Shown: piece by piece, positions 26,849 to 38,390 of the stretch | Layout of the letters: each line of letters opens with the position of its first letter | Numbering within the stretch: position 1 is the stretch's first letter | Origin: Felis catus | Lineage: Eukaryota | Reading direction: 5' to 3' | Length of the DNA: 64,000 nucleotides | NCBI RefSeq assembly: GCF_018350175.1 | Contig: NC_058368.1 | Coordinates: 51,027,815-51,091,814, forward strand | The notes under the pieces: generated by a model | Database searches by the model: none | The model's input: the letters and a program-made list of their open reading frames with translations, nothing else | Told to the model about the DNA's origin: nothing | Made by a program: the position numbers and the translations under genes

Positions 26849-27052
26849 GGGGTGCCTAGGTGGCTCAGTCAGATCATGAGATCTGACTCATGATCTCACG
26901 GTTCCTGAGATCAAGCCCCTGCCACAGTTGGGCTCTGCGATAAAGCACTGAGCCTGCTTGGGATTCTCTTTCTCCCTCCCTCTCTGCCCCTCCCCCACTC
27001 GTGCATGCACAGCTCTCTCTCTCTCAAAATAAATAAGCTTAAAAAAAAAAAA
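26849..27052 (+). mobile_element. CanSINE
   Basis: Body with A tail; TSD ATTTCCAG[A/C]TAA. Confidence 0.92.
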
Positions 27053-27683
27053 GATTTCCAGCTAACATTTCAGTGATGTGTTTTCTCTGGGCCATGTGCT
27101 TCTGTACCTACTGGTCTCTTTGCCTCCAGTAGCCCTTCCCCCCACATCCTTCTTTATACGGTTCTCCACGCTTTCCTCCTAACTAGTTAATGCTGATCAT
27201 CCTTCAGATCTGACATCCAGCGTTGCCCAGTGGGAACCTTCCCTAAACCCACCTCCCAACCACAGGAGCTGTCCCTCCTCATCGTGCCTTCCATTCTCAT
27301 TCACCATTAGATCTAACTTTACATTTTATTTTTTAATTATATTTAAAATATATTTAATATATGCATTATATAGGAAATGGTTTTAATCATATTTAACTAT
27401 TTTATTTAATATGTAGTATTATGTATTTTAATTATTTACTCTCTGTCTCTCCAGAACCTAATACCATGGGGAGGTCCATTCAGGAGGTCCCCAAGCCAAT
27501 GTTCCCAAATAAAGAAACCAATTAGTAAATGATAGATATAAGACAAAATGATGTAAGCTCTTAGTGGTTAAATTTTCAAGTTTTGAGTCAGGCATCTGGT
27601 CTTGGATCCTTCTTCAACATTTACTAGCTGGAAAAACTTGAGAAAAGTACAGAGACTAAAGTTGCCACAAACCATAGGAGATC

Positions 27684-27912
27684 TTTTTTTTTAATGTTTA
27701 TTTATTTGTGTGTGTGTGTGCGCGCGCATGCGCGCGCGCGCGAGCGAGCGAGCGAGCGAGAGAGAGAGAGAATGAGTGGGGGAGGGGTGGAGAGAGAGGG
27801 AGACAGGGGATCTGAAGCAGGTTCTGCACTGACAGCCAAGAGCCCGAGGTGGGGTTCGAAATCATGAACCATGAGATGGTGACGTGAGCCAAAACCAAGA
27901 GTTGACTGCCCC
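27684..27912 (-). mobile_element. CanSINE with partly deleted head and compound microsatellite linker
   Basis: Reverse body; linker reads (TG)n(CG)n(GAGC)n(GA)n; A-box region missing. Confidence 0.9.
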
Positions 27913-27935
27913 AACAGATTTTTAGTAAGGATCCT

Positions 27936-28441
27936 ATGATGGTTAATTTTACACGTCAGCTTGGCTAAGCTATGGTGCCCAATTAATACATCAAACACCA
28001 ATCCAGATATTGCTGTGAAGGAATTTTTTAGATATGATTAACATTTAAACCAGGACACTCTGAGTAAAGCTGATTACCTTCCATAATGTGGGTGGGCCTC
28101 ATCTTATCAGTTGAAGGCTTTAAAAGACAGAGTTCCAAAAGAAAAAAGGCTGAGGCTTTCAAAACTGCAACATAGAAACCATGCCCAAGTTTCCAACCTG
28201 CTGCCCTACATGGAATTCAAACTCAAGACGGCAACCCCAACTCCTACCTGAATTTCAAACCCTACAAATTTCAGATTTTCCAGTCCCCACAATCATGTGA
28301 ACCAGTTCCTAAAAATCAATCAATATCTCCCCCCATGATATATATACATACCTCTCTATATATTGTATATATTGCATATACATACAGATGTGTGTGTCTG
28401 TAATATTGGTTCTGTTTCTCTGGAAAACCCTGCCTGATACA
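27936..28441 (+). mobile_element. ERVL solo LTR (MLT2-like)
   Basis: ATGATGGTTAATTTTA...GATATTGCTGTGAAGG...CCATAATGTGGGTGGGCCTCATC...TTGGTTCTGTTTCTCTGGAAAACCCTGCCTGATACA. Confidence 0.85.
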
Positions 28442-29440
28442 GATCCATACTAGGGAACCCAGGAGAAGCCAACAGCCCTTCTTCACACAGAAAAGAAAAG
28501 ATCGACTCAGACTCATGGAGACCAGGAGCGTTCAGCCCGGTCACCAAGGGCTTCAGCAGCAGGCACTTACTTGGCACTTCTCGTCCTAGGACTTTGCCAT
28601 CAGTGTGGCTCTGCTATCCCCTTCATCTCTACCATTCTCCAGGAGCTAGAGACTGACTCCTCATATGCTAATCTGCTCATCTCTTCCCTGCCTCTTATCT
28701 TCTGCTGATTCATAGTTTCTGCCTGTCTTTTCATCTTCTTCATCTTTTCTGCTTCCTCATGACCTTGGTCTGTCATGATCTCACAGCACCAACACTACTC
28801 CACAGCACAAACACTACTTAGGTTTTCTCCTAAGCCATCTGCATTTCAGCTCCCGCAGCTGGTCTCTTCCCTATCATTACAACTCCCAGATCACATTGCC
28901 GACACAGAGAACTGAGTTGACACAACTCATCTTCTAGTGCCAGATCATAGGATAGGTTTCTGGGCAGCCTGTGAAGCGGTTGCCTTTGGGACAATGAGCT
29001 ACAACTGGGGAGAAGTCATGTGATGCCGTGCATGGCCATCTGAGACCGTTTCTTCATGGAGAACTGTGACAAAGTTTCCCTTGGAAGGAGCTGTGAGTAT
29101 ATGGTTAAATGTCTACGAAAAGGGACAAGGCATTGGCAGAAAAGGGAGCAGCCATAGGATGATGAGAGCAGGGTCTCTCTTCCACCCTTGGGGAGGGAGC
29201 AGCCGGCACCATCAACGGCTACAGTACAGACCACTTCTGACATGCGCTCAATCACTATCAGGGACAGAGAAGCCTTGGAATTTTCACTGGTTACAGTAAT
29301 GAGAGGGACAAGTCAGATAATGATGATAGTGTTGTTATGAATAATATAAACATTGTATTCACAGTGTTCACAGTACTGACACGAGCTCTGTTCTTTTATT
29401 CTTACATTATATTGGAGAACCTTTAGAAAGTTTTATTATT

Positions 29441-29589
29441 GAGGCACCTGGGTGACTCAGCCGATTAAGCATCTAACTCTTGATCTCAACTCAGGTATTG
29501 ATCTCACGGTTCGTGAGCTCAAGCCCCCTGTTGGGCTCCATGCTGGGTATGAGGCCTACTTTAAAAAAAGAAAAAAAGAAAGAGAAAGA
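29441..29589 (+). mobile_element. Short CanSINE variant (no CT linker)
   Basis: Head, then GGGCTCCATGCTGGGTATGAGGCCTACTT directly into the A tail. Confidence 0.85.
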
Positions 29590-29859
29590 AATTTTTACCA
29601 TTTTTAGGAGAGAAGGAGTTTGACCAGGAGCAGTCAAAATTCTACTGTAACGTTCATCTGCACGTTAGGGTAGATTAGCTGCCCCCTCTTGTATTCAGCT
29701 TCATGATGTTGTGGAAAACTGCAGCGAGACTTTTAAATGACCTCAGTGGGATTAACGTGGGCCCTTATGGTCACTCGTAGCTTGGGAAATATTGCTGAAC
29801 TGAACTGTGGCAAGGGCATCACTGAACAGGCACCTGGTTGGTAGGGAGCTGTACCTCCA

Positions 29860-30190
29860 GTAGCCTCTGGTTGTACATGAGTATTTACATTTAAATAAAT
29901 TTTAACAAAAGTAAATTAAAATTTTACTTCTCGGGGGATGCCCGTGTGGCTCAGTCAGTTGGGCGACAGACTTTGGGGCTCAGGTCATGATCTCACGGTT
30001 TGTGGGTTCAAGCCCTGCATCGGGATCTGCGCTGACAGCTCAGAGCCTGGAGCCTGCTTCAGATTCTGTGTTTCTCTGTCTTTGGCCAGTTTTCAAGTGC
30101 TCAGTAGCCACATACGGCAAACGGCTAGTATAGTGGACAGCACAGAAACAGGGCATCTGCACCACACAGAGAGGTCTATTGAACAGTGCC
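29860..30190 (-). mobile_element. MER3/MER33-like hAT MITE interrupted by a SINE
   Basis: TTTCAAGTGCTCAGTAGCCACAT...GGACAGCACAG...TCTATTGAACAGTGC. Confidence 0.7.
29933..30080 (+). mobile_element. CanSINE lacking 3' tail
   Basis: Head and body stop at the start of the CT linker; no A tail or TSD seen. Confidence 0.88.
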
Positions 30191-30474
30191 TGAATGGCAT
30201 GCTTGCTACGAAGCTCAAAGTAAAGGGAATGGGAACACAGTCTACCAGACCTTTTCTTAGAGAAGGATGACCTTAAAATTTCTAGGAAGTTACTTGTGAA
30301 GAGAGTTCCAGGAAAAAGAACTGTTGGTACATACTTACATACTGAATTTTTAAAGAAGCCGACCCATTTCCTAGAGAGTAAAATGAATACACTGTAAAAT
30401 GTGGCCAAACACCAGAGCATGAAACCACCCTTGAAGTCCCAAGCCCCATTACATCATAGGAAAAGCATGCCCAA

Positions 30475-30597
30475 GGGGCGCATGGGTGGCTCAGTGGATT
30501 GAGTGTCTGATTCTTGATTTTGGCTCAAGTCATGATCTCACTGTCATGGGATTGAGCCCCACATTGGGCTCTGCACTGAGCGTGGAGCCTGCTTAAG

Positions 30598-30651
<54 letters not shown>

Positions 30652-30717
30652 CACCCCCACCCTTCTCCCCAGCTCTCTCTCTCTCTCTCTAAAAACAAAA
30701 AGTAAAAATTTTAAAAA
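30475..30717 (+). mobile_element. CanSINE
   Basis: Long (CT)n; TSD GCATG[C/T]CCA. Confidence 0.93.
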
Positions 30718-30943
30718 GGCATGTCCAGATATTGGGGCATAAATGAAGCACTTAATTTAACAAGGCCCTTATAATAGCAACAAAAATCAGAAAATTGGTG
30801 TTTCTCCAGAGAAATTTTGTATGAGTTTTTGAGAAAGAATTCTGAAAGCTAGCTAAAACATAAAGCTAAGATGAGGAATTGCAAGTCTGAGGAAGGAACA
30901 CTCGGGAATTCAGTAGAGAGCTTATAAGCCCTTCTCTGTCTTT

Positions 30944-31109
30944 CTTTAAGTTTTTCTATTTATTTATTGGGGGGTGGGTGGGCAGAGGATCTGAAGTGGG
31001 CTCTGTACCGATAGCAGAGAGCCCAATGCAGGGCTCGAACTCACAAACCGTGAGATCATGACCTGAGCCCAAGCTGGATGTTTAACAGACTGAGTCACCC
31101 AGGTGCCCC
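30944..31109 (-). mobile_element. CanSINE
   Basis: Reverse body with shortened linker. Confidence 0.9.
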
Positions 31110-31589
31110 AAGTCCTCCTCTTGAAGACAGCCATGTTCTCACCTGGTACTGAAGATTCCTACCCAGGTGTTGGGAGCTGTGAGAAATGTAACCACATAAG
31201 CAGGACACAGAAAATTTCCTGTACTGGAAAGACTACAGGAAAAACTAGAAAGAAGATGACTTGATAACTAACCAGAAGTTGGACCGTTTCTGCACCTATA
31301 ATTTCCAGCATCAACGGTTACAGAGCAGTTGACGTGGGACCCTACCAAGCTGAAGCACGACAAGAAGACTGTTGGGTGATGACTTAAGACTAGGTCTTCA
31401 CATGTTTTTTGTTGTTTATTCAACAGTATGATGAATCACCTCCATTTACTCTTTTAACCTCATAATGGGCAAACCCCTAATTAACTATAATTATAGGCTC
31501 TAAGAATATTTATTTTAATCTTTTTCATTGTAAACTTTATCCATCAAGTTCTCTTAACCTGTTGGATTGGAAATGGGGTGGCTAATAGT

Positions 31590-31718
31590 ATAGCCTATCA
31601 TTCGTGTGGTTTGCCTCAGTGGTTCTGGTTTATGTCGTTGTTCATGCATAATTATTAATAGAGCTCCCTTTCACTCACAAAAGTCTTAATTTGGACAATA
31701 AATATACGGTTATCTGCC
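31590..31718. mobile_element. MER94-like hAT-Blackjack fragment
   Basis: CCCTTTCACTCACAAAAGT...TTTGGACAATAAATATACGGT resembles remembered MER94 end. Confidence 0.5.
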
Positions 31719-32274
31719 CATGATGATATTCTCTAAATGTGTTCCAAAATGTCAAGGGCAAAACGTGTTGTTTTCAGAGCCTGGTGGTTTTAGTGCCATT
31801 TTCCATCTCAGCAAATGTCACCTTAGATGGAAGACATTACTTCACCAAGTTGGCATTGTTGACCATTTTCAAAACTATTTCATTTTGATGCCTTTTTTTA
31901 ACCTGTCTGTACTTTTCAAATTCAATTTTAGTGTCAATTTTGCTTAGCACAGTCTTCTTCCTGTCCTTCATTCTTCAAGATTTTTTCCCTTTGGCTTTCT
32001 ATTTTTTTTTTTTTACCTCTGTTGTCTATTTTTCTACATTTACTATAATACATGTCTCCTATTTATGGTTCCCTTTCTTCCCACATTCAATTTGTCTGTC
32101 ATGTTCTAAATGACTATTTTTGAGTAAATGATAACATTTCACAAACAACCACTGGTGGAATGGGCAATACCTGATAACTAACCTTTTTATTCTACCTCAA
32201 ATATATTATATGGAACTCAGTCTGATAGGTTAAAATTTTTAGTGCCTTTAAAAATATCTGAAAAGCAGGAATTA

Positions 32275-32435
32275 GTACAAATTTACCAACTGGCTTTGGG
32301 GATGGCAGTGTTTGCTTGTTTCTGGGCTGTAATACTCCCATCATGGATGACTTCAAACCATCAACAGGACATCAATCAATTTGTGAAAATTTAACAATTA
32401 GCCCTCATGAGCCAGTATGAGCTAGCTTCAGCAGA
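32275..32435. mobile_element. MER63-like hAT fragment
   Basis: TGAAAATTTAACAATTAGCCCTCATGAGCCAGTATGAGCTAGCTTCAGCA. Confidence 0.55.
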
Positions 32436-33426
32436 GATACAGAAATAAAAGTTCTGAAAAACAAATCACATAATAATGGTTCCAATTATTTAAATTTTAT
32501 ATTATATCATAAAAGGACAATAAGCTTATATGTTAAAAATATATTGAAAATAAGCTTATATGCAAAGGTTATTAAATAATAAAATAAGCATATATTTAAA
32601 AGAATCTTCTATATGAAAAAATAATATTGAAAAGTCTATCTAGTAACCAGAAATTCAGTAAGAGCTATTTCTGACACATAATAATGCCAGGTAAACGAAC
32701 GTGGCTCTATTCCCCCAAAGATTATTCTCAGATCCCAAGAACATTATTATGCAAGGTTAGGACTCCAGGCTCCATGACTGCCACACTAAAACAAATCCAT
32801 GGGCCAGAACATTCCATGTGTTGGAACAGAGCCTCAGGGTAGAAAGTGAAAAAGTCAGATGCTAGCAAAGCTATAGATCACTTTACTAGCTATCAAAAAT
32901 CCTTTGGTATTCAGCAAATTTAAAAGATTGCCTTCTTTCTGTTCTGAGAGATTCCAGAAGACCTAAAGATTACATTTGGGATCAGTGGTTTTTCACAGAT
33001 CTAAGCATTATTTTTATTTAAAGCCAATTATAGCTTTGTTTAGTCCTATGGCTTAATATATAACAGAAACTAAAGTAGCTTAGAGGTAGGGAAAGCCCTT
33101 TGGGAAATGAATAGTTTAAGAACTACCCACATCCATCCTAAAGATTTAATCAGATATAAGAGATTCCAACTGAATGCACTAACTAGAGACATTCAGTGAA
33201 GAGTGAAATGAATCGTTTCTAGAAAACATTCTGTGGCCAAATACAACATTACCTCTGAACCTGAAATATTTGGCCTGAAGGGGAAAAAAAAACTAAAGGC
33301 TGAAGATTTACTGATCCCAAATTTATGAAGATACATGTCTTGGAACACATCAGCCACAAATACTACTCTAGATTTTTCTAAAATCCATATACCAAACTTC
33401 ATATATAGTAGATTAAAAACAAAATA

Positions 33427-33650
33427 GGGGTGCCTGGGTGTCTCAGTTGGTTAAGCGACCAATTCAGGTCATGATCTCACAGATTTGTGAAATCGAGCTC
33501 TGCATCAGACTCTGTGTTGACAATATGAAGCCCGCTTGTGATTCTCTCTCCTCTCTCTCTGCCTCTCCCCCGTTCATGCTGCCTCGCTTGCTCGCTCTCT
33601 CAAAATAAATAAACATTTTTTAAACAAATAAATTTTAAAAACAAATGAAA
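33427..33650 (+). mobile_element. CanSINE
   Basis: Full body with A tail. Confidence 0.92.
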
Positions 33651-33656
33651 TAGACT

Positions 33657-33760
33657 TGGGGCACCTGAGTGGCTCAGTAGGTTGAGTCTGACTCCTAATT
33701 TCCGCTCAGGTCATGATCTCACTGGTTTGTGAGATGGCACCCACACGTAGGGCTCCAGGA
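33657..33760 (+). mobile_element. 3'-truncated CanSINE directly after the previous copy
   Basis: GGGGCACCTGAGTGGCTCAGTAGGTTGAG...GGTCATGATCTC; no linker or tail. Confidence 0.85.
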
Positions 33761-33799
33761 TCCAGGCTCTGGACATGAGGACCTGAGGATAAGCTCTTA

Positions 33800-34050
33800 C
33801 CATAAACAATCCTGCCATTGAACCCAATTTTTAATATTTGATACTGTGACACCTGTTTGTGATCCTGAGAGGAAAATCAGGAGCATCGGCAAAAGCTAAT
33901 ATAGAGCTTTGACATGGAAGAAATACTGCACTAACCCTGGAACTACCTACCCCCAGACTATTATGTGAGATTACAAAAGCCCATTATTTAAGCCACTCTT
34001 AGTTAGGTGTTCAGTTCCTTGCAGCCAACGATATCCCAGTCGATGCTGAT
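33800..34050 (+). mobile_element. Old MaLR LTR 3' part (MLT1H/I/J-like)
   Basis: TTATGTGAGA...TTTAAGCCACT...TTCCTTGCAGCCAA. Confidence 0.5.
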
Positions 34051-34379
34051 ATACTCTCCTTCCTGCCTCACTTCTACATTCCAGTCTACTCTTCGTGCCT
34101 CTCCTGAATTCTACCACACTTTGCAGGCCAGTGTTCTAGAGATTTCACCTTTGGCCTCCGTATTATTCCATTCACTTTCTCTTTGTGCTTTCTGTCTCCC
34201 ACTTGGATGATTTCAACTATGTGTATTTATTTACAGTTCACATAAATATTTACTGAAAGTCTACTATATGAACCAAATCCTGTTCCATTTTCTAATGCTT
34301 TGGGAATATGCTGATGAATAAGAACACCGAGGTCTGGACAAGAGAAAGAGGGAAGACAGGGGAGAGGACTGAGGATCGT

Positions 34380-34496
34380 TTATGAGATTTATGGTGCAAC
34401 ATAGTGTCTATAGTTAACAAATCAGTATTGTATATTTAAAAATTTGTGAAGAGGATAGGTCTCATGCTAAGTGTTCTTACCACACACTCACGTATG

Positions 34497-34529
<33 letters not shown>

Positions 34530-34663
34530 AGAAGGGAGGGGTGAGCAGGCGGAAACTCTTGGAGGTAATGGATATTTTATTACTTTGACCGTGGTGATGG
34601 TTTCACAGGTGCCTATATATCTCCAAACTCATCAAATTGTATACAATAAATATGTTCAGGGAT

Positions 34664-34702
<39 letters not shown>

Positions 34703-34760
34703 TTTGTTTTGGTACATCAACTATACTTCAATAAAGCTATGTTAATAATAAAAAATAGCA
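34380..34760 (+). mobile_element. Old L1M 3' end with embedded (CA)n and (TG)n
   Basis: CTATAGTTAACAA...GTGTTCTTACCACAC...GTGGTGATGGTTTCACAGGTG...CAAACTCATCAAATTGTATAC...CAATAAAGCT. Confidence 0.8.
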
Positions 34761-35074
34761 AAATAAAGTTCTCTTTTATGAAAATGTTCAAGTCTTTTGC
34801 CTCTTTTTCTATGGGATTATCTTTTCATATTGCTTTTAAGGAGTGTTTTATTCTAGAGACTACTCTTTCTATTCTCTAAGTTTGCATAGTATGAATGGTT
34901 GTTTCTTAAAATTTTTGTAAAACTCTGGTAAATTTATCTGGACCTGAAATGTTCTTTCTAGGAGGGCTTTTTTCTTTCTTCTTGAGTCAGTTTCAGGAAG
35001 TTATATTTTTCTGAACTCATCTCTATGTTCAAATGTATTAGCTTAAAGTTTTCTAAAATATAAATTTAAGGCTT

Positions 35075-35230
35075 GGGCACCTGAGTGGCTCAATCAGTTA
35101 AGCACCCTTTGGCTCAGGTTATGATCTCACGGTTCGTGAGTTTGAGCCCTGAATCTGGCTCTGCACTGACAGTGCTAAGCCTGCTTGCCACTCACTGGCT
35201 CTCTCTCTCTCTCTGCCCCTCCCCTGCTTG

Positions 35231-35268
<38 letters not shown>

Positions 35269-35326
35269 ATAACTATCTCTCTCTCCCTCTCTCAAAATAA
35301 ACTTAAAAAAATAAAAAATAAACATA
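35075..35326 (+). mobile_element. CanSINE
   Basis: TSD TAAAATATAAATTTAAGGCT on both sides; duplicated CT/CAAAATAA end. Confidence 0.95.
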
Positions 35327-35652
35327 AAATATAAATTTAAGGCTAAAAATTCCTCTCTGTTCAGCTTTGGTTGCTCCCCATAAGTTTTTATAGTATCTTT
35401 ATTCAGGGATGATTCTAAATATCTTCTAATTTATATTACAATTTCCTCTTTGACCCTTGGATTACTTAGGACTTTCTTTTTTAATTTTCATATGTACTGA
35501 TTATTTTTCTAGACATCTTTTTGTTGGTGATTTCTAACGGAACTGCATTTGTGGTTATAAAACATGCTCTGTATGATTTTGCTATCTTAAATTTGTTTAC
35601 TTCCATTACAGTATGGGATACATCAATTTTTATAAATAACCCATCTGTTCTT

Positions 35653-35871
35653 TATTAAAATTTTTTTTCAACATTTATTTATTTTTGGGACAGAGAGAGA
35701 CAGAGCATGAACGGGGGAGGGGCAGAGAGAGAGGGAGACACAGAATCGGAAACAGGCTCCAGGCTCTGAGCCATCAGCCCAGAGCCTGACACGGGGCTTG
35801 AACTCACGGACCGCGAGATCGTGACCTGGCTGAAGTCGGACGCTTAACTGACTGCGCCACCCAGGCCCCCC
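35653..35871 (-). mobile_element. Young felid CanSINE
   Basis: Near-identical to the copies at 36641 and 62672; TSD AATAACCCATCTGTTCTT. Confidence 0.97.
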
Positions 35872-35910
35872 AATAACCCATCTGTTCTTAAAAAGAAAGG
35901 CACTTTTTCA

Positions 35911-36035
35911 GGGGCACCTGTGTGGTTCAGTTGGTTAAATGACGACTTCAGCTCAGGTCATGATCTCGCGGTTCATGAGTTTGAGCCCCATGTCAAACTC
36001 CGTGCTGACAGCTCAGAGCCTAGAGCCTGCTTCAG

Positions 36036-36077
<42 letters not shown>

Positions 36078-36150
36078 CCTCCCCTGCTCATGCTCTGTCT
36101 GTCTCTCTCTCTCTCTCAAAAATAAACATTCAAAATTAAAAAAAAAAAAG
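35911..36150 (+). mobile_element. CanSINE
   Basis: TSD AAGAAA[G/T]GCACTTTTT. Confidence 0.95.
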
Positions 36151-36240
36151 AAATGCACTTTTTGAGCTCTTTGATGTCCTATATGTGACCATTAGATCAA
36201 ATTTGTTAGTACATTGCTTAACATTTTCACTCTTCCTTAT

Positions 36241-36340
36241 TGATTTTTTAAAGTAAGCTCTACACCCAATGTGCAGCTTGAACTCAGGATCCCAAGATCA
36301 TGAGTCACATGCTCAACCAACTGAGCCAGCCAGGTGCCCC
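36241..36340 (-). mobile_element. Short CanSINE variant
   Basis: TAAGCTCTACACCCAA...CTGAGCCAGCCAGGTGCCCC; TCCTTATT flanks. Confidence 0.85.
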
Positions 36341-36556
36341 ATCCTTATTTATTTTCTTATTAACTAGTTCCATTACTTACTGAGAAAGATGTGATAGAAT
36401 CTCCCACTATAACTGGAGGATTGTTTATTTCCTTTCACAGTTCTGTAGATTTTGCTTTATATAATGTGAAACTGTGTTATTTGGAGCATCCAAATTTGTT
36501 ACATCACTTAAGGGAATCAAATATGTTTCCTTTACCTTTACTTTGGCCTTAAAGTC

Positions 36557-36558
<2 letters not shown>

Positions 36559-36640
<82 letters not shown>

Positions 36641-36843
36641 CAACGTTTATTTATTTTTGGGACAGAGAGAGACAGAGCATGAACGGGGGAGGGGCAGAGA
36701 GAGAGGGAGACACAGAATCGGAAACAGGCTCCAGGCTCTGAGCCGGCAGCCCAGAGCCTGACGCGGGGCTCGAACTCACGGACCGCGAGATCGTGACCTG
36801 GCTGAAGTCGGACGCTTAACCGACTGCGCCACCCAGGCGCCCC
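36559..36843 (-). mobile_element. Very young felid CanSINE with 82-nt pure poly(A) tail
   Basis: Uninterrupted T run 36559-36640; CpGs intact; TSD TCTATTTTTTT. Confidence 0.97.
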
Positions 36844-38224
36844 TCTATTTTTTTAATAAATTAATTAATATAAGTGCATAAATTTTCATTTGGTAGGCAT
36901 TTGCCTGATTGACCTTTTGAATGCTTTAATCCAATCTTTCTTTACCATATCCACTGCTTTTTAAATGATTCCATAAAACTACTACCACTGTAGCGTTTTG
37001 CCTTCCAAAATAAGATTATTCACTTCTCAAAAGAAACAAGAAACAGAACTGGTATTTCTGGAATTATGGCTTGTGGTTTTGAATATCATGGGTTTGCCAT
37101 GGTAAACTCTGTTGTTTCCCTGAAGACCAGTTCTTGTTTTTACTGAGCTCACGGGCTCTGTTGGAAAAATATACATGTGTGGGTGGATGCCAGGACAGGA
37201 AGAGGGAAGATGTGGCCAGGAGAGGTGGTAGTGGGTATGTATGCAATGCTAAGTGTAGGGAGGATGTGGAAAATCCAAATGCCTGCAAGGTCCAAAGAGC
37301 CAATTACACAAGGCAGGAGGGAACTGGCCAGACTGGGGATCACTTGCCCTAGAAGACAGCTATGTATCATCTAGCAATCCTCTGTTGGAATGTTGCCAGA
37401 TCATTTTCAGGAGCAACCTGAATCTAGATTTGGGTGGGAACTCTACTGAGTTTGAGAAACTGGCAACAGATTCATTTTTTTTTAAATTCTCCTCCACTCA
37501 TATAAATCACATCTGCTACCTACATTTGCAAATCCTTGGCCCCACCTGCAAATCCTGGAAGAGATTGCACTTAGGAGGAAGAGAACAACTAGAGAAGGCC
37601 TTTCCCCATCCTTGCTTGCCCTCCTAATTGGGCTAACCCACTCCTCTTTATAAAGAGAAATTCCTCCTAAGGAATGTAAATCTAATTCATATCCTAGCTC
37701 TTGACAAATGGATCTTGAGATCTTTGGCTTGGTCAGCTACCACAAGCAGCATGCTATGCTGGTTGTCCCTGGAGGTACAAACGGGAAAAGATAAGAAGAG
37801 TGGAGCTCACCCATGAAGGTGTACCGAACAGTCGCCACCAAAACAAAATCTGAAAGTCTGCCTGGGGCCCATGTTGGCAGCCCTGTGCCAACATCCAAAT
37901 TTCAACTGATCTCACTTCTTCAGCCCAGGTCAGTGCAGTCTGAGAAAAAATATGGAAAAAGAGGGAAGAAAAAGATAAGATGTACCCCCCTCTTCAAAAA
38001 AGATACGTATATGCAGGCAAATGCACATACAAAATCCTTACAATTCTTCTGCTCGTTATTATTTCAAAATAATAAAACATGTGTAAAATATATCCAGAGA
38101 ACCTTTGGAATGTACCCTGCCACCAAGAGGAGGTGCTCCAACGGTGAGACGGAAAAAAAAAAAAAACAATTCGATTGAGCCCCTCCCACTTACAAATCAC
38201 CTTTGGCTGCTTTTGCATATGCTA

Positions 38225-38390
38225 TTTTGTGTAGCGTTCAAAACAAAACTGTGAAGTACTTCTACTTTATAGTGCAAAAACTGGAGCACAGAGAAGGTAA
38301 ATGACTTACCAAGGGCATAGATTTAATAAGTGTCAGCTGCCAGGATTCAACACTAGGTCTCCCGTGTGGAAGTCCCGGGTTTTTCACTCT
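38225..38390 (-). mobile_element. MIR fragment
   Basis: AAACTGGAGCACAGAGAAGGTAAATGACTTACCAAGG...CAGGATTCAA. Confidence 0.65.

Larger units (their letters stand above)
34770..36950 (-). mobile_element. Degenerate old L1 (L1ME-like) fragments hosting five nested SINEs
   Basis: T-rich antisense L1 text (TTTCCTCTTTGACCC, ATCTCCCACTATAA, GATTTTGCTTTATATA) between SINEs. Confidence 0.6.

Noticed and set aside
36425..36761. Poly-Lys / poly-Phe ORFs
   Set aside because: Translations of the SINE poly(A) tail.
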